Shown: one piece after another, positions 1 to 10,343 of the stretch | Layout of the letters: the number at the start of each line of letters is the position of its first letter | Numbering within the stretch: position 1 is the first letter of the stretch | Assembly (NCBI GenBank): GCA_963752475.1 | Contig: CAVVYR010000008.1 | Location: 128,001 to 192,000, forward strand | Source: an uncultured Chloroflexia bacterium | GTDB taxonomy: Bacteria; Chloroflexota; Limnocylindria; Limnocylindrales; CSP1-4 | Direction of reading: 5' to 3' | DNA: 64,000 nucleotides | Notes under the pieces: model-generated | Seen by the model: only the letters and a program-made list of their open reading frames with translations | What the model was told of the DNA's origin: nothing | Databases searched by the model: none | Made by a program: the position numbers and the translations under genes

Positions 1-177
1 CTCCAGGGTGAGTTCTGCGAGGGCTACGAGGACTGGGAAGGCTTCTACGAGTGGCACGAGATCGGCTACCAGGAGATCGACAACTTCGACTACGAGGCCT
101 TCAAGGCGAGTGGCTTCAAGATCGTCGATGAGCCGCGCGTCGAAATGGCCCCCTGGCCCAAGGACCTGCCCTACTAG
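1..177 (+). CDS. C-terminal fragment of an unidentified protein (truncated by window edge)
   Basis: Frame 1 is open from base 1 (LQGEFCEGYEDWEGFYEWHEIG...WPKDLPY) to TAG at 175-177, with strong GC3 codon bias. Confidence 0.6.
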   Translation, partial: LQGEFCEGYEDWEGFYEWHEIGYQEIDNFDYEAFKASGFKIVDEPRVEMAPWPKDLPY

Positions 178-241
178 CGTTCCCATGGACGACGGAGCTC
201 GCGGCCTGCGACGAAGCCGCTAGCGGAGCGGGGCGTCTCGC

Positions 242-1258
242 ATGACGCCCCGCGACGACTCGACCGCGCAGGGGCGCGCCGCAGTCGAACCAAAGGCGCT
301 TCGACCCGCCCGCCCGGATCCATCGGCCTCATCGTCAGGCGCGGGCGTGCCCCACACTGCACAGACCATGACGGACGCCACCCCCGGACTACCCTCCCCC
401 ACCAAGCCCACACCGCAGGTCGACCTCGATCCGCTGATGCCGGCCGCGACCGCGGCCAAGGCAGAGGACATCGGCGTCAAGAAGGCCAACATGGCCGCCG
501 GCCCGATGTTCCTGCTGGCGGTGCTGGCGGGCGCCTTCATCGCCCTCGCCGCGGCCTTCTCCACCACGGTCATCGCCGGTGCCGGCGAGTTCCTCCCCTT
601 CGGCGTCATCAAGCTCATCGCCGGCATCACCTTCAGCCTGGGGCTCATCCTCGTCGTACTCGGCGGCGCAGAGCTGTTCACGGGGAACAACCTCATCGCC
701 GTCGCCTGGGCCTCACGCCACATCACGTCCGTGGCTGTGCTGCGCAACTGGACCATCGTCTGGGTCGGCAACCTGGTGGGCGCGCTGGCCACGGCGGTGC
801 TCATCGTGGTCGCGGGGCAATACGAGTTCGGGGGCGGGGTCGTGGGCCAGGCGGCACTCGAGATCGCTGCCGGCAAGGTCGCACTCGACCCACTGCGGGC
901 GTTCACCCTGGCCATCCTCTGCAACGGCCTCGTCTGCCTGGCCGTGTGGCTGACCTACTCCGCGCGCACGACGATCGACAAGGTCGTGGTCATCGTCCCG
1001 CCGGTGGCGGCGTTCGTGGCCATGGGCTTCGAGCACTCGGTCGCGAACATGTACTTCATCCCCGTGGCCATCCTGGTCCGGCTGGTGGCACCGGAGACCT
1101 TCTGGATGGACATCGACAGTTCGGCCGAAGCCTACGCCGCGGTCGACATCGCCGGCTTCGTGGGCAATATCACGCCGGTCACGCTGGGCAACATCGTCGG
1201 CGGCACCATCCTCGTCGGAGCCGTCTACTGGATGGCCCACCTCCGCGACATCCGCTAG
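242..1258 (+). CDS. Formate/nitrite transporter (FNT) family channel
   Basis: Motifs GAELFTGNN, LCNxLVCLAVW, GFEHSVANMYFIP, TLGNIVGG and about 6 TM segments. The start may be the ATG at 368. Confidence 0.92.
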   Translation: MTPRDDSTAQGRAAVEPKALRPARPDPSASSSGAGVPHTAQTMTDATPGLPSPTKPTPQVDLDPLMPAATAAKAEDIGVKKANMAAGPMFLLAVLAGAFIALAAAFSTTVIAGAGEFLPFGVIKLIAGITFSLGLILVVLGGAELFTGNNLIAVAWASRHITSVAVLRNWTIVWVGNLVGALATAVLIVVAGQYEFGGGVVGQAALEIAAGKVALDPLRAFTLAILCNGLVCLAVWLTYSARTTIDKVVVIVPPVAAFVAMGFEHSVANMYFIPVAILVRLVAPETFWMDIDSSAEAYAAVDIAGFVGNITPVTLGNIVGGTILVGAVYWMAHLRDIR

Positions 1259-1588
1259 CGGCCATCGACCGGCTCAGTGCGTCCGGTGACGAGCAAGCTC
1301 GGCACTGCCGGGTGGTCGGATCGGCACTTCCAGTGTTCCAGGAAGCCCTCGGTGCCCTCAACCGAGTCCCGCAGAAAGTGGAACAGCGCTGCAACCCGCT
1401 TTCGCCGCCGCCTCATCCTCCCGAGACTAGGTGGACGCTCGAGCAGTTCTCGGGAGGCTTCTCGAGCGTCAGGCCATCCGTAGGGCACTGGATTGTGCCG
1501 TGGAGCGTCAGCGAGTGTCCGGGGGCTGGATCGACGCTTGTCCGGGTCCGTTCGGAGCGCCTCGAGCGTCAACCTAGTCTCGAGGGGA

Positions 1589-1763
1589 TGGCTGGGCCCG
1601 GCAGCCTGAGCCGATCAGCTCACCTCGAGGGGAGCGGCAGCCTCGGCCTGGGCCCGGCAGCCTGAGCCGCTGGCTGCGCCCGGCAGCCTAGCCGCTGGCT
1701 GGGCCCGGCAGCCTGAGCCGCTCAGCCCACCTCGAGGGGAGCCGCGGCTTCGGCCTGGGCCCG
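1589..1763. repeat. Four copies of a ~22-bp unit (ctgggcccggcagcctgagccg) plus a duplicated 3' end of the adjacent MFS gene
   Basis: Unit copies near 1592, 1648, 1674 (variant) and 1699. Segment 1615-1656 matches 1722-1763 at 38 of 42 nt. Confidence 0.85.
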
Positions 1764-3011
1764 TTCCTCAGGGCTGATGGACTCCCGGTCGGCGTCACGC
1801 TCCCAGACCGCGTCCGACCAGCGGGTGAGTGCGTAGGCAGCCAGCCCGACGATCACCGCAGCCACGGCCATGGGTGTGATCGAGCCGTCGTAGCGCGCAT
1901 CGATGGCGGCACCGATGGCTGCACCGAAGAGCGTCGTGGTGGCGCCGATGACTGCCGCAGCGGTGCCGGCCACCCGGCCCATCGGGATCATCGCCGCCGA
2001 GTTCAGGTTGGGCGACGACCAGGCGTGCATCAACAGGATCGAGACGATGCCCACGATGTACAAGCCCAGCGGCGGCTGCCCGTCGAACAGGACCGCGAGG
2101 CCCGCGAAGACGAGCGACGTCAGAACCAGCCCCGTGGTCGCGTATCGCAGCAACCGACGTAGCCCGAACCAGTCGATCAGCCGCGTGTTGAACAGCGTCG
2201 CGGCCCCGTACGCCAGCGCCAATCCACCGAAGATCAGAGGGAACCAGTCGGCCAGGTCGTACATGTCACTGATGATCAACTGGCTCGTGGCCAGGTAGGA
2301 GGCAAAGAAGCCGAAGATCGCCGTCTGGGCCAGGGTCAGACCCATGGTGAAGCGGCTGCTGACCACGTAACGACCAGCACCGACGAGCTTGCCGACGTCG
2401 AGCGGGATCCGCCGCTCCACCGGTAGCGATTCAGGCAAGCGCAGAGACCAGGCCGCGACCGACGCACCGGCGATGGCGATGAAGGCGAAGACCCAGCGCC
2501 AGTCGCCGACGAGGAGGACCATCGAGCCCAGCGTTGGCGCGAGCATCGGTACGATGATGAAGACGGCCATGATGTAGCTGAGCGTCTTGGCCATGGCGTC
2601 GCCCTTGTAGCGGTCACGGATCGCACCCATGGTGATGACGCGTACGCCGGCGGCACCCAGGCCGGCCACGAAGCGCAACACCAACAGGAACTCGAGCGAA
2701 GGCGACAGCGCTCCGCCGACCGCGGCCACGACGTAGACCACGAGCCCCGCATAGAGGATCGGCTTGCGCCCGAGCGCGTCTGCCAAAGGACCCCACACCA
2801 GCTGACCGAGGCCGATGCCGATGAAGAAGACGGTCACGATGAGCGCGACCGAGTTTGAGTCGGCTGCCAGCCCGAAGTCGGCGCGGATGTCGCCGAAGGC
2901 GGGCAGCATCATGTCGATGGCCAGGGCGGTGAGGGCCATGAGCATGGAGATGAGCGCGATGAACTCGCGTCGACCCATGTGGGCCTCGAGGTCGTCGGGA
3001 GAGGTGGTCAA
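1722..3011 (-). CDS. Bcr/CflA-family (DHA1) multidrug efflux MFS transporter
   Basis: LAIDMMLPAF, GPLADALGRKP (MFS motif A), about 12 TM segments. Confidence 0.9.
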   Translation of the reverse strand: MTTSPDDLEAHMGRREFIALISMLMALTALAIDMMLPAFGDIRADFGLAADSNSVALIVTVFFIGIGLGQLVWGPLADALGRKPILYAGLVVYVVAAVGGALSPSLEFLLVLRFVAGLGAAGVRVITMGAIRDRYKGDAMAKTLSYIMAVFIIVPMLAPTLGSMVLLVGDWRWVFAFIAIAGASVAAWSLRLPESLPVERRIPLDVGKLVGAGRYVVSSRFTMGLTLAQTAIFGFFASYLATSQLIISDMYDLADWFPLIFGGLALAYGAATLFNTRLIDWFGLRRLLRYATTGLVLTSLVFAGLAVLFDGQPPLGLYIVGIVSILLMHAWSSPNLNSAAMIPMGRVAGTAAAVIGATTTLFGAAIGAAIDARYDGSITPMAVAAVIVGLAAYALTRWSDAVWERDADRESISPEERAQAEAAAPLEVG

Positions 3012-3297
3012 CAGGAGCTCCGGGAGTCAGCGCGCAGGGCGTAGAGCGATCGCACGCGCCTTGAGGTCAGTGTGTCAGGGCCTCGGCCGAATAGTCCGTG
3101 CCGGTCGGGCCGGAATCGTGGGCCTGACGACTCGCGCTAGCTGTACTGCCCACAGATCCGGCTGACGGTCTCGCTGGACGCCCGCGAGAGAATCTGACGT
3201 AGGCGGGAGGCGTCGACGCGCCGGCTGACCGTGGCTGCGTCGACCGCGCAGCGCCACCGACGGACCCGGTCCGCGAACCAGAAGGGGGGCTGGCACC

Positions 3298-3717
3298 ATG
3301 CGCACGTCGATACCGGTCCGGGCAGCCCTCTCGGTCACCGTCCCGCTCGTGGCCGGCGTCGTCTTCGTCGCTTGGGCCCTCGTCGCGACCCTGGGTGGCG
3401 TCCCGGGCTGTGCTGGCGTTCCGTACGAGGACGGGGTCGACTCATGGGCGGCCGTGGGCGTGTCGACGGCGCTGCTGTACTGCGCCATCGGTGCGGCCAT
3501 CCTCGCCGTACGTCTCGCGGGTTGGCTTGCCCTCTTGGCGACGGCGCTGACGGTGCTCGCTGTGGCGCTCGGTGCACAGTTCGGCTTCGCCGTCGGCATG
3601 TTCGTGGCCGAGTGCGAGTGGGACGAGGGCCCAGCGTTGACGCTCAGCCTGTTCGCTACACCCAGCGCGCTGTTCGGCTATGCCATCGGCTGGGTCCTGC
3701 GCCGGGCCCAGGTCTGA
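3298..3717 (+). CDS. Hypothetical membrane protein (about 4 TM)
   Basis: 139-aa ORF with four hydrophobic segments; no family recognised. Confidence 0.55.
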   Translation: MRTSIPVRAALSVTVPLVAGVVFVAWALVATLGGVPGCAGVPYEDGVDSWAAVGVSTALLYCAIGAAILAVRLAGWLALLATALTVLAVALGAQFGFAVGMFVAECEWDEGPALTLSLFATPSALFGYAIGWVLRRAQV

Positions 3718-3738
3718 CCATGCGAGCGTCAGCGGGGC

Positions 3739-4470
3739 CTAAGACGAGGACTCGTCCCCCAGGTCCAGCGGCGTGCCCACAGAACGACGCGCCGTCCGCG
3801 CCACGCGCAGGAAGTTGGTCACATGTGACAACGGCGAGATGTGCGAGCCAGCGTCCTCGTAGATGGTGGGGATCGGAACCCAGTCGATGTCGAGGCCAGC
3901 GCGAATGGCGTCGGTGATCATCTCGACCTCGAACTCGAAGCCGTCCTCCGCCGACCGCAGCAGGTGCGGCAGGAGCGGCCTGGCGATGAGCCGATAGCCC
4001 GACTGGTTGTCGGCGATGTGGCGACCCACGGCCCAGCTGAACGTCTGTGTGCCCAGGTTGTTGGCCACCCGCCGCGAAAGCGGCATCTGGCTGAAGTCGC
4101 GCCGGCCGATGATCAGCGGCGCGCCCCGCTCACGCCAGGCTGCGAGGAAGTCGGGCGCACAGGCTGGGTCGTGCTGTCCGTCGGCATCCAGCGTCAAGAC
4201 CGCCGTGGCGCCGTCTTCCAGCGCGTGTCTGAACCCACGGCGAAGCGCCGCACCCTTGCCCTGGTTGGGCTCCTGTCGCAGCACCTCCGCGCCGGCGGCT
4301 TCGGCCACGGCTGAAGTGTCGTCGGTGGACCCGTCATCGACGACCAGCACGGGCAGATGCTCGGCCGTGGCGCGCACGACGCTGTCGAGGGTCGGCGCTG
4401 CCTGATAGGCCGGGATGACCGCGACGACATCGGACGACATCCCGGGATCGTCGATGGACTCGCTGCTCAC
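3739..4470 (-). CDS. Glycosyltransferase family 2 (DPM synthase-like)
   Basis: VIPAY, VVDDGSTD, NQGKGAA, DADGQHDP, DNQSGYR, FEFEVEM motifs. Confidence 0.9.
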   Translation of the reverse strand: MSSESIDDPGMSSDVVAVIPAYQAAPTLDSVVRATAEHLPVLVVDDGSTDDTSAVAEAAGAEVLRQEPNQGKGAALRRGFRHALEDGATAVLTLDADGQHDPACAPDFLAAWRERGAPLIIGRRDFSQMPLSRRVANNLGTQTFSWAVGRHIADNQSGYRLIARPLLPHLLRSAEDGFEFEVEMITDAIRAGLDIDWVPIPTIYEDAGSHISPLSHVTNFLRVARTARRSVGTPLDLGDESSS

Positions 4471-4501
4471 GAGCCCATCGTAGGGCGTCAGGTCCTGCCC
4501 G

Positions 4502-6229
4502 TTAGTCGATCATGATCGCGTCGGGCCCCGGCACGCCGGAAGCGGTCGTGGTGTACGTGGCCGGCAGGCGGCGGTTCAGCGCGAACTCGCGCATGGCCGT
4601 GGCGCCCGAAAGGTTGTGGACGTCCTCGAAGCCATTCTGCTTGAGGATGCGCGTGGCCACATACGAACGCAGACCGGAGCGGCAGGCCACGACCGTGGGC
4701 AGACTCGGGTCGAGCTCGTCGAGGCGGTCGCGCAGCTTATCGAGCGGGATGTTGATGATGTCGTCACAGTCGGCCAGCGGCAGCGCTTCGACCTCCGCCG
4801 CTGAGCGCACGTCCACCGTCTGGTATGGACAGAGGTCGATATCCGGCTGCACCACCGGGGCCAAACCATCGAGGTGGTTCTGCGCCGCGAAGGCGGCCAT
4901 GTGCACCGGGTCCTTGGCCGAGCCGAAGGGCGGTGCGTAGGCCAGGTCCAACGCCACGATGTCGTGGACGGTGCCACCGAAGTGCATGACGGTGGAGATC
5001 ACGTCGAGCCGCTTGTCGACGCCTTCGCCACCGCTGGCCTGGGCACCAAGGACCTTGCCCGTGCCCTCCTCGAAGACGAGCTTGACGATCATGGCCTGGG
5101 CGCCGGGGTAGTAGCCCGCGTGGTTGTTGGCGATGACATGCGTCGCTACGGCGTCGTAGCCCGCGTCCTTCGCTGCCTTCAGCGAGAGACCGGTCATGCC
5201 GGCCGAGGTGCCGAAGACACGCACGATGCTGGTACCCCACGCCGCGGGCGCCTTGCGTGACTCACCAGTCGCGGCGTGCTCACCCGCCAGGCGGCCAGTG
5301 CGGTTGGCGGGACCGGCCAGCGCCACGCGCATCTTGGCGCCGGTGGGGCCGTAGGTGTACTCGGCCGCGTCGCCGACCGCATAGATGTCGGGATCGCTGG
5401 TGCGCATGAACTCGTCAGTGCCGATGCCACGGCTCTGGCCGAGCTCGATGCCAGCCGCCTCCGCCAGCGCGACGTTGGGTCGCACGCCGATGGCCAGGAG
5501 GACGAGGTCTGCCGGCAGGCGGGTGCCATCAGCGAGCACGGCCGCGGTAGCGCGCCCGCCCTGCTCCTCGATGGAGGCGATGCCATTGCCCAATTCCAGA
5601 TCGACGCCGTTGAACTCGAGCTGTCGGTGCAGCGGCTCGACCATCTCCGGGTCGTGCATCGGCAACACCTGTGGCTGCATCTCGACCAGTGCCACCTCCA
5701 GGCCCTTGCGCCGGAACTGTTCGGCCGTCTCCAGGCCCACGTAGCCACCTCCGACGACGACCGCACGCTGGGCCTCGGGCATGGCTTCCGCGATGCGGTC
5801 GGTGTCCTCGAGGTTGCGCAGCGTGAAGACGCCCTCGGCATCCGCGCCGGGGATCGGCGGTACGAGGGGATCGGCGCCGGGGGCGAGGATGAGCTTGTCG
5901 TACGCCATCTCGTACGAGTCGTCCGCGTCAAGGTCCTTGACCGTGATGGACTTCGCTTCGCGGTCGATGCCGGTGACCTCGTGGCGCGTACGCACCTCGA
6001 TGTCGAACCTGCGCTTGAAGAGCGAGGGCTTGGCGATGAGCAGGGCGTCGCGGTCCGTGATCTCGCCTCCGAGGTAGTACGGCAGGCCGCAGTTGGCGAA
6101 GGACACGTACGAGTCACGCTCGAAGATGATGATGCGAGCGTTCTCGTTCATGCGCCGCGCGCGGGCGGCGGCGGACGCACCGCCGGCGACACCGCCGACG
6201 ATGAGGATGGTGGGGGCATTCTCGGGCAC
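4502..6229 (-). CDS. CoA-disulfide reductase / NADH persulfide reductase with C-terminal rhodanese domain
   Basis: GGVAGGASAAARARR, active-site SFANCGLPY, GGGYVGLE, YAPPF and rhodanese CRSGLRS. GTG start at 6229 has GGAG upstream. Confidence 0.9.
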   Translation of the reverse strand: MPENAPTILIVGGVAGGASAAARARRMNENARIIIFERDSYVSFANCGLPYYLGGEITDRDALLIAKPSLFKRRFDIEVRTRHEVTGIDREAKSITVKDLDADDSYEMAYDKLILAPGADPLVPPIPGADAEGVFTLRNLEDTDRIAEAMPEAQRAVVVGGGYVGLETAEQFRRKGLEVALVEMQPQVLPMHDPEMVEPLHRQLEFNGVDLELGNGIASIEEQGGRATAAVLADGTRLPADLVLLAIGVRPNVALAEAAGIELGQSRGIGTDEFMRTSDPDIYAVGDAAEYTYGPTGAKMRVALAGPANRTGRLAGEHAATGESRKAPAAWGTSIVRVFGTSAGMTGLSLKAAKDAGYDAVATHVIANNHAGYYPGAQAMIVKLVFEEGTGKVLGAQASGGEGVDKRLDVISTVMHFGGTVHDIVALDLAYAPPFGSAKDPVHMAAFAAQNHLDGLAPVVQPDIDLCPYQTVDVRSAAEVEALPLADCDDIINIPLDKLRDRLDELDPSLPTVVACRSGLRSYVATRILKQNGFEDVHNLSGATAMREFALNRRLPATYTTTASGVPGPDAIMID

Positions 6230-6466
6230 GTCGATCTCCGATCGAGGGAAAGGGCTGCGTTTCACCTCCGATGATACTCAGTCTCAGCGAAGTCCCCACC
6301 GGCCGCGGGTCGCACATCCGTGGGCCATGCGGACCCTCGAGCGTTCGGAGCCCTCCGGTGATCAAACAGGCCGATCACGACGCCGAACACATTCGATTGG
6401 ACTGTCGTTCCGCCGTGGTCTAGCGTGAACAGCGCCCGATCCCATCCCAGGTGGACCTTTGACCTC

Positions 6467-7300
6467 ATGACCGAACCCGCGGCAGACGCTGCCGCTGTCG
6501 CCCGCCGTGTCCTCGAGCACGGCCACCCATTCCCGCTCAAGCGTGATGTAGCCGGGGTCTTCGATTCCCTCATCGGCAGCCTCTTCCCGCAGCTCGCGAC
6601 GCAGGCCGCCCGAGACGTGGACGACCTGGCCCAGCGCATCAACGAGGCCTGCGGCCGGTTCGGCGCCATCGCCGAACCACTGGCGGCCCGGCCGGCCGGC
6701 GAGCTCGAGGCGGAGTTGCTCGCGGCCCTGCCCGAGGTCCACGAGCGCGGTCTCGAGGACGCAGCCGCCATCCTTGCGGGTGATCCGGCAGCGGAGTCGC
6801 TGGACGAGGTCATCGCGGCCTACCCGGGCTTCCTTGCCATCGCCGCCCATCGGCTGGCGCACGCTGCAGACCTGCTCGATGTGCCCATCGTGCCGCGCCT
6901 CATGGCCGAGCTCGCACACTCGCGCTCCGGCGTCGACATCCATCCATCTGCGACCATCGGGCGCTCGTTCTGCATCGACCACGCCACCGGCATCGTCATC
7001 GGCGAGACCGCGGTCATCGGCGACCACGTGAAGCTCTACCAGGGCGTCACGCTGGGGGCGCTGTCGGTATCGAAGGACAAGGCCGGCACCAAACGCCATC
7101 CCACCATCGGCGACCGGGTCGTCATCTATGCCAACGCCACCGTGCTCGGCGGTGAGACGGTCATCGGCGCCGACAGCGTCGTTGGCGGCAACGTCTTCCT
7201 CACTCGCAGCGTGCCCCCGGGCTCGCTCGTCTACCAGACCGCGGACTATCGAGTTCGCCAGCACGGCGATCGCTTCGACGAGTTCGACCACGTCATCTAG
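6467..7300 (+). CDS. cysE: Serine O-acetyltransferase
   Basis: GVDIHPSATIG, IDHATGIVIGET, YQGVTLG, KRHPTIGD; adjacent to cysK. Confidence 0.9.
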   Translation: MTEPAADAAAVARRVLEHGHPFPLKRDVAGVFDSLIGSLFPQLATQAARDVDDLAQRINEACGRFGAIAEPLAARPAGELEAELLAALPEVHERGLEDAAAILAGDPAAESLDEVIAAYPGFLAIAAHRLAHAADLLDVPIVPRLMAELAHSRSGVDIHPSATIGRSFCIDHATGIVIGETAVIGDHVKLYQGVTLGALSVSKDKAGTKRHPTIGDRVVIYANATVLGGETVIGADSVVGGNVFLTRSVPPGSLVYQTADYRVRQHGDRFDEFDHVI

Positions 7301-7312
7301 CAGGAGGCATCC

Positions 7313-8230
7313 GTGCGCTACGACTCCATCCTCGAGACCATCGGCAACACGCCTCACGTGCGCGTCAACCAGCTGTTCGACGATGGCATCGAGGTCTGGT
7401 CCAAGCTCGAGCGAGCCAACCCAGGCGGCAGCATCAAGGACCGCATCGCGCTGTCGATGATCGAGGACGCCGAGCGAAGGGGCGTGCTCAAGTCGGACAC
7501 CGTGGTCATCGAGCCGACATCGGGCAACACCGGCGTGGGCCTGGCCATGGTCTGCGCGGTCAGGGGCTATCGGCTCATCCTGGTCATGCCCGACTCGTTC
7601 TCGATCGAGCGACGCAAGGTCATGATCGGCTACGGCGCCGAACTGGAATTGACTCCGCGCGAGCTTGGCATCAAGGGTTCGATGGCTCGGGCCGACGAGA
7701 TCGCAGCTGACCTGCCCGACGCCTGGATCCCCTCGCAGTTCGCCAATCCCGCCAACCCCGAGGTACACCGGCGCACGACCGCGGAGGAGATCGCGGCCGA
7801 TTTCCCCGAGGGCCTCGACTACATCGTCACCGGCGTCGGCACCGGCGGTCACATCACCGGCTGCGCAGAGGTGCTCAAGGAGCGCTGGCCATCGCTCAAG
7901 GTCTACGCCGTAGAACCGACCCTGTCGCCGGTACTCTCGGGCGGCGAGCACACGCCGCATCCGATCCAGGGCATCGGCGCCGGCTTCATCCCGGACGTCG
8001 CTCGGCCCGAGCTCTTCGATGGCATCGTGCAGGTCGCGCCTGAGGACGCGATGGAGTACGCGCGTCGCTCGGCACAGCAGGAGGGGGTGCTCATCGGCAT
8101 CTCTTCGGGCGCTTCGCTGGCGGCCGTGGCGCAGCTGCGTTCACAGATCCCCGATGGCTCGCGCGTGCTGGCCTTCGACTACGACAGCGGCGAGCGCTAC
8201 CTCTCGGTCGAGGCACTCTGGGCCGACTGA
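7313..8230 (+). CDS. cysK: Cysteine synthase A
   Basis: [11 protein letters not shown] (PLP Lys), [32 protein letters not shown]; RBS AGGAGG. Confidence 0.95.
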   Translation: MRYDSILETIGNTPHVRVNQLFDDGIEVWSKLERANPGGSIKDRIALSMIEDAERRGVLKSDTVVIEPTSGNTGVGLAMVCAVRGYRLILVMPDSFSIERRKVMIGYGAELELTPRELGIKGSMARADEIAADLPDAWIPSQFANPANPEVHRRTTAEEIAADFPEGLDYIVTGVGTGGHITGCAEVLKERWPSLKVYAVEPTLSPVLSGGEHTPHPIQGIGAGFIPDVARPELFDGIVQVAPEDAMEYARRSAQQEGVLIGISSGASLAAVAQLRSQIPDGSRVLAFDYDSGERYLSVEALWAD

Positions 8231-8311
8231 CCCGTGCCGCGGTGAGTTGCGGCATCATTCGTCGACACTCACGGCCAGGTCGGGGATCAGCAAGGGGAGC
8301 GAACGCGCTCA

Positions 8312-8899
8312 GTGGACGTCACCACCGTCATCAGCTTCTACGGCGTGCTCGCGCTCGTGGGCATCGTCATCCTGGCCTGGTTCGGGGTCATGCGCCTGGC
8401 CTCGTTCTTCGCCGATAGCATCGACGACGGCTTCGCCGCGGTCCGCACACGCCTGACGCCCTTCGCGCTCACAGCCGCCTGGGGCGTGGCCCTGCTGGCC
8501 GCGGCTGGCAGCCTCTACTTCAGCGAGGTCGCGAACTACACGCCCTGCACGCTGTGCTGGTATCAGCGCATCGCGATGTACCCACTGGTGCTCATCCTGG
8601 GTATCGCCATCTTCCGGCGCGACATCGGCGTCCGCATCTACGCTATCCCGCTGGCCGTGGTCGGCGCGATCATCTCGACCTACCACTGGCTCCTCGAACG
8701 CATCCCCGAACTCGACTACGGCGCTTGCTCAGCGGGCGTCCCCTGCACCCAGAAGTGGTTCGAGGAGTTCGGCTTCATCACGCTGCCGTTCCTGGCGCTC
8801 ATCGTGTTCCTGCTGATCATCACGTTCCTGCTGATCCCTGCCCTGCGCCAGACCGACGAGGACGAGGATCTCGACGAGGATGCGTCAGAGCGCGACTAG
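8312..8899 (+). CDS. Disulfide bond formation protein, DsbB/BdbC family
   Basis: GSLYFSE...PCTLCWYQRI plus a second Cys pair CSAGVPC; 4-5 TM segments. Confidence 0.88.
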   Translation: MDVTTVISFYGVLALVGIVILAWFGVMRLASFFADSIDDGFAAVRTRLTPFALTAAWGVALLAAAGSLYFSEVANYTPCTLCWYQRIAMYPLVLILGIAIFRRDIGVRIYAIPLAVVGAIISTYHWLLERIPELDYGACSAGVPCTQKWFEEFGFITLPFLALIVFLLIITFLLIPALRQTDEDEDLDEDASERD

Positions 8900-9102
8900 C
8901 CGGGTGACCCAGCAACGGGCGGTCGTCACCGCGATGTAGAGGCGGCGGCGTCGGATCGGAACGTGCCGTATGGCTCTGTGATGTCTCAGCGTCGATGACA
9001 CACTCGACAGTGAGATAACCGTCCAAGTGGGGTCCCGATGAACTGCCACGAGCGCGCGCATGCCGTGGTCGACCGACTCGACATCGCGTTCTGTCGCTAG
9101 CG

Positions 9103-10191
9103 ATGCGCAAGCTGCTGCTCAAGCTCGAGGATTTCCGCCTGCTACCGGTGTTCGTAGCGGTGAGCATGGCCGTAGGCATCGCCATCGGCAACATCCTCAG
9201 CATCTCCGATTTCGAGCTGACTCCGCCGATCGACGCGCTCAAGTCGATGGCCGGCGGAACGTTCGACCCCAGCGTGCCCGCACTCATCTCGCTCGGTGTG
9301 CCACTGGGCCTCTTCGCGATGATGTACCCGGCGATGACCAACGTGCGCCTGACCGAGGTGGGCCAGGCGTTCCGCTCACCACGGCAGCTGGGCGTGGTCA
9401 TGATCCTCAACTACCTGATCGCACCCTTCTTCATGCTGCTGCTGGCCAACCTCTTCGTGGGCGATCCCGAGTTGCGCACCGGGCTCATCCTCTACGGGCT
9501 CGCACCGTGCATCGCGATGGTCATCGTGTTCACGTACCTTGCGCGCGGCAACACGGCCATGGCCCTCGTCTTCGTAGCCCTCAATTCAGTCATCCAGATG
9601 GCGCTCATCCCTGTCTATGCACAGCTGCTCATCGGGGATGTGAACTTCGACGTCTGGGTCGTGTTCGAGAGTGTCCTGTTGTACCTGGGCCTTCCGCTCC
9701 TAGCCGGCGTGCTGACTCGCCAAGTCGTGGTGAGGCGCCGAGGGGAAGTGGCGATGGAGTCACTCAAGCCTTACCTCAACGGCCTGTCCATCGTGGGCCT
9801 GCTGTTCACGCTCATCGTGATGTTCGCGCTCAAGGGCGACCTCATCCTCGAGCAGCCGTTCATCGTGGTCGAGATGGCCGTCCCGATGACCATCTTCTTC
9901 GTGGCCATGTTCTTCGTGGCGCTCTACATCGGCTCGCGCCTGCACTTCCCCTACGGTGACGGCGTGGCGGTTGCCTTCAACTCGACTGGGCGCGACTTCG
10001 AGATCGCCATCGCCATCGCCATCACGGCGTTCAGCCCGACGGTCGCGCTGGCCACCGTCGTGGGTCCACTCATCGAGGTGCCGATCATGCTTGCGCTCGT
10101 CTGGTCGGCCATGCGCCTTCGGCCGCGCTGGTTCCCCGGCGAGGACGACCTCTCACCCGAACCGCTCACCGAGCAACTGGTCGCCGACTGA
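9103..10191 (+). CDS. acr3: ACR3-family arsenite/antimonite efflux transporter
   Basis: MMYP, GLAPCIAMV (conserved Cys), NS, FEIAIA, VGPLIEVP; about 10 TM segments. Confidence 0.8.
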   Translation: MRKLLLKLEDFRLLPVFVAVSMAVGIAIGNILSISDFELTPPIDALKSMAGGTFDPSVPALISLGVPLGLFAMMYPAMTNVRLTEVGQAFRSPRQLGVVMILNYLIAPFFMLLLANLFVGDPELRTGLILYGLAPCIAMVIVFTYLARGNTAMALVFVALNSVIQMALIPVYAQLLIGDVNFDVWVVFESVLLYLGLPLLAGVLTRQVVVRRRGEVAMESLKPYLNGLSIVGLLFTLIVMFALKGDLILEQPFIVVEMAVPMTIFFVAMFFVALYIGSRLHFPYGDGVAVAFNSTGRDFEIAIAIAITAFSPTVALATVVGPLIEVPIMLALVWSAMRLRPRWFPGEDDLSPEPLTEQLVAD

Positions 10192-10343
10192 CCACTAGGA
10201 GGCGCTCCGAAGGGTTCGAGAGCGGAGCGAGCCCACCCTCGACACACTCGGGTCCAGCGTCCGCGAGAAAGCCTGCGGTGCCTGCCATTCAGCGCCAACT
10301 GGTTGCCCGGGCGGGCATGAGCCGAGCGTGGTCTAATGCGCCG

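Noticed and set aside
1255-1572. ORFs in the gap between the FNT and MFS genes
   Set aside because: Weak codon bias and no recognisable motif on either strand.
1589-1720. 22-bp repeats as a mini-CRISPR or IS ends
   Set aside because: Spacers are 4-34 nt and irregular, and there is no transposase or cas gene.
3261-3273. CGGACC-C-GGTCCG as a third copy of the NarL-type operator
   Set aside because: The spacer is 1 nt instead of 2 and the secondary GCCCATTCC site is missing; plausible by chance in high-GC DNA.
6230-6466. SAM riboswitch or T-box upstream of cysE-cysK
   Set aside because: No recognisable conserved aptamer or T-box sequence.
6362-7960. Long antisense or alternative-frame ORFs (also 12486..14036, 22521..23870, 43973..45454, 52106..54025)
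   Set aside because: Shadow ORFs of real genes, expected from stop-codon scarcity at high GC; no motifs.
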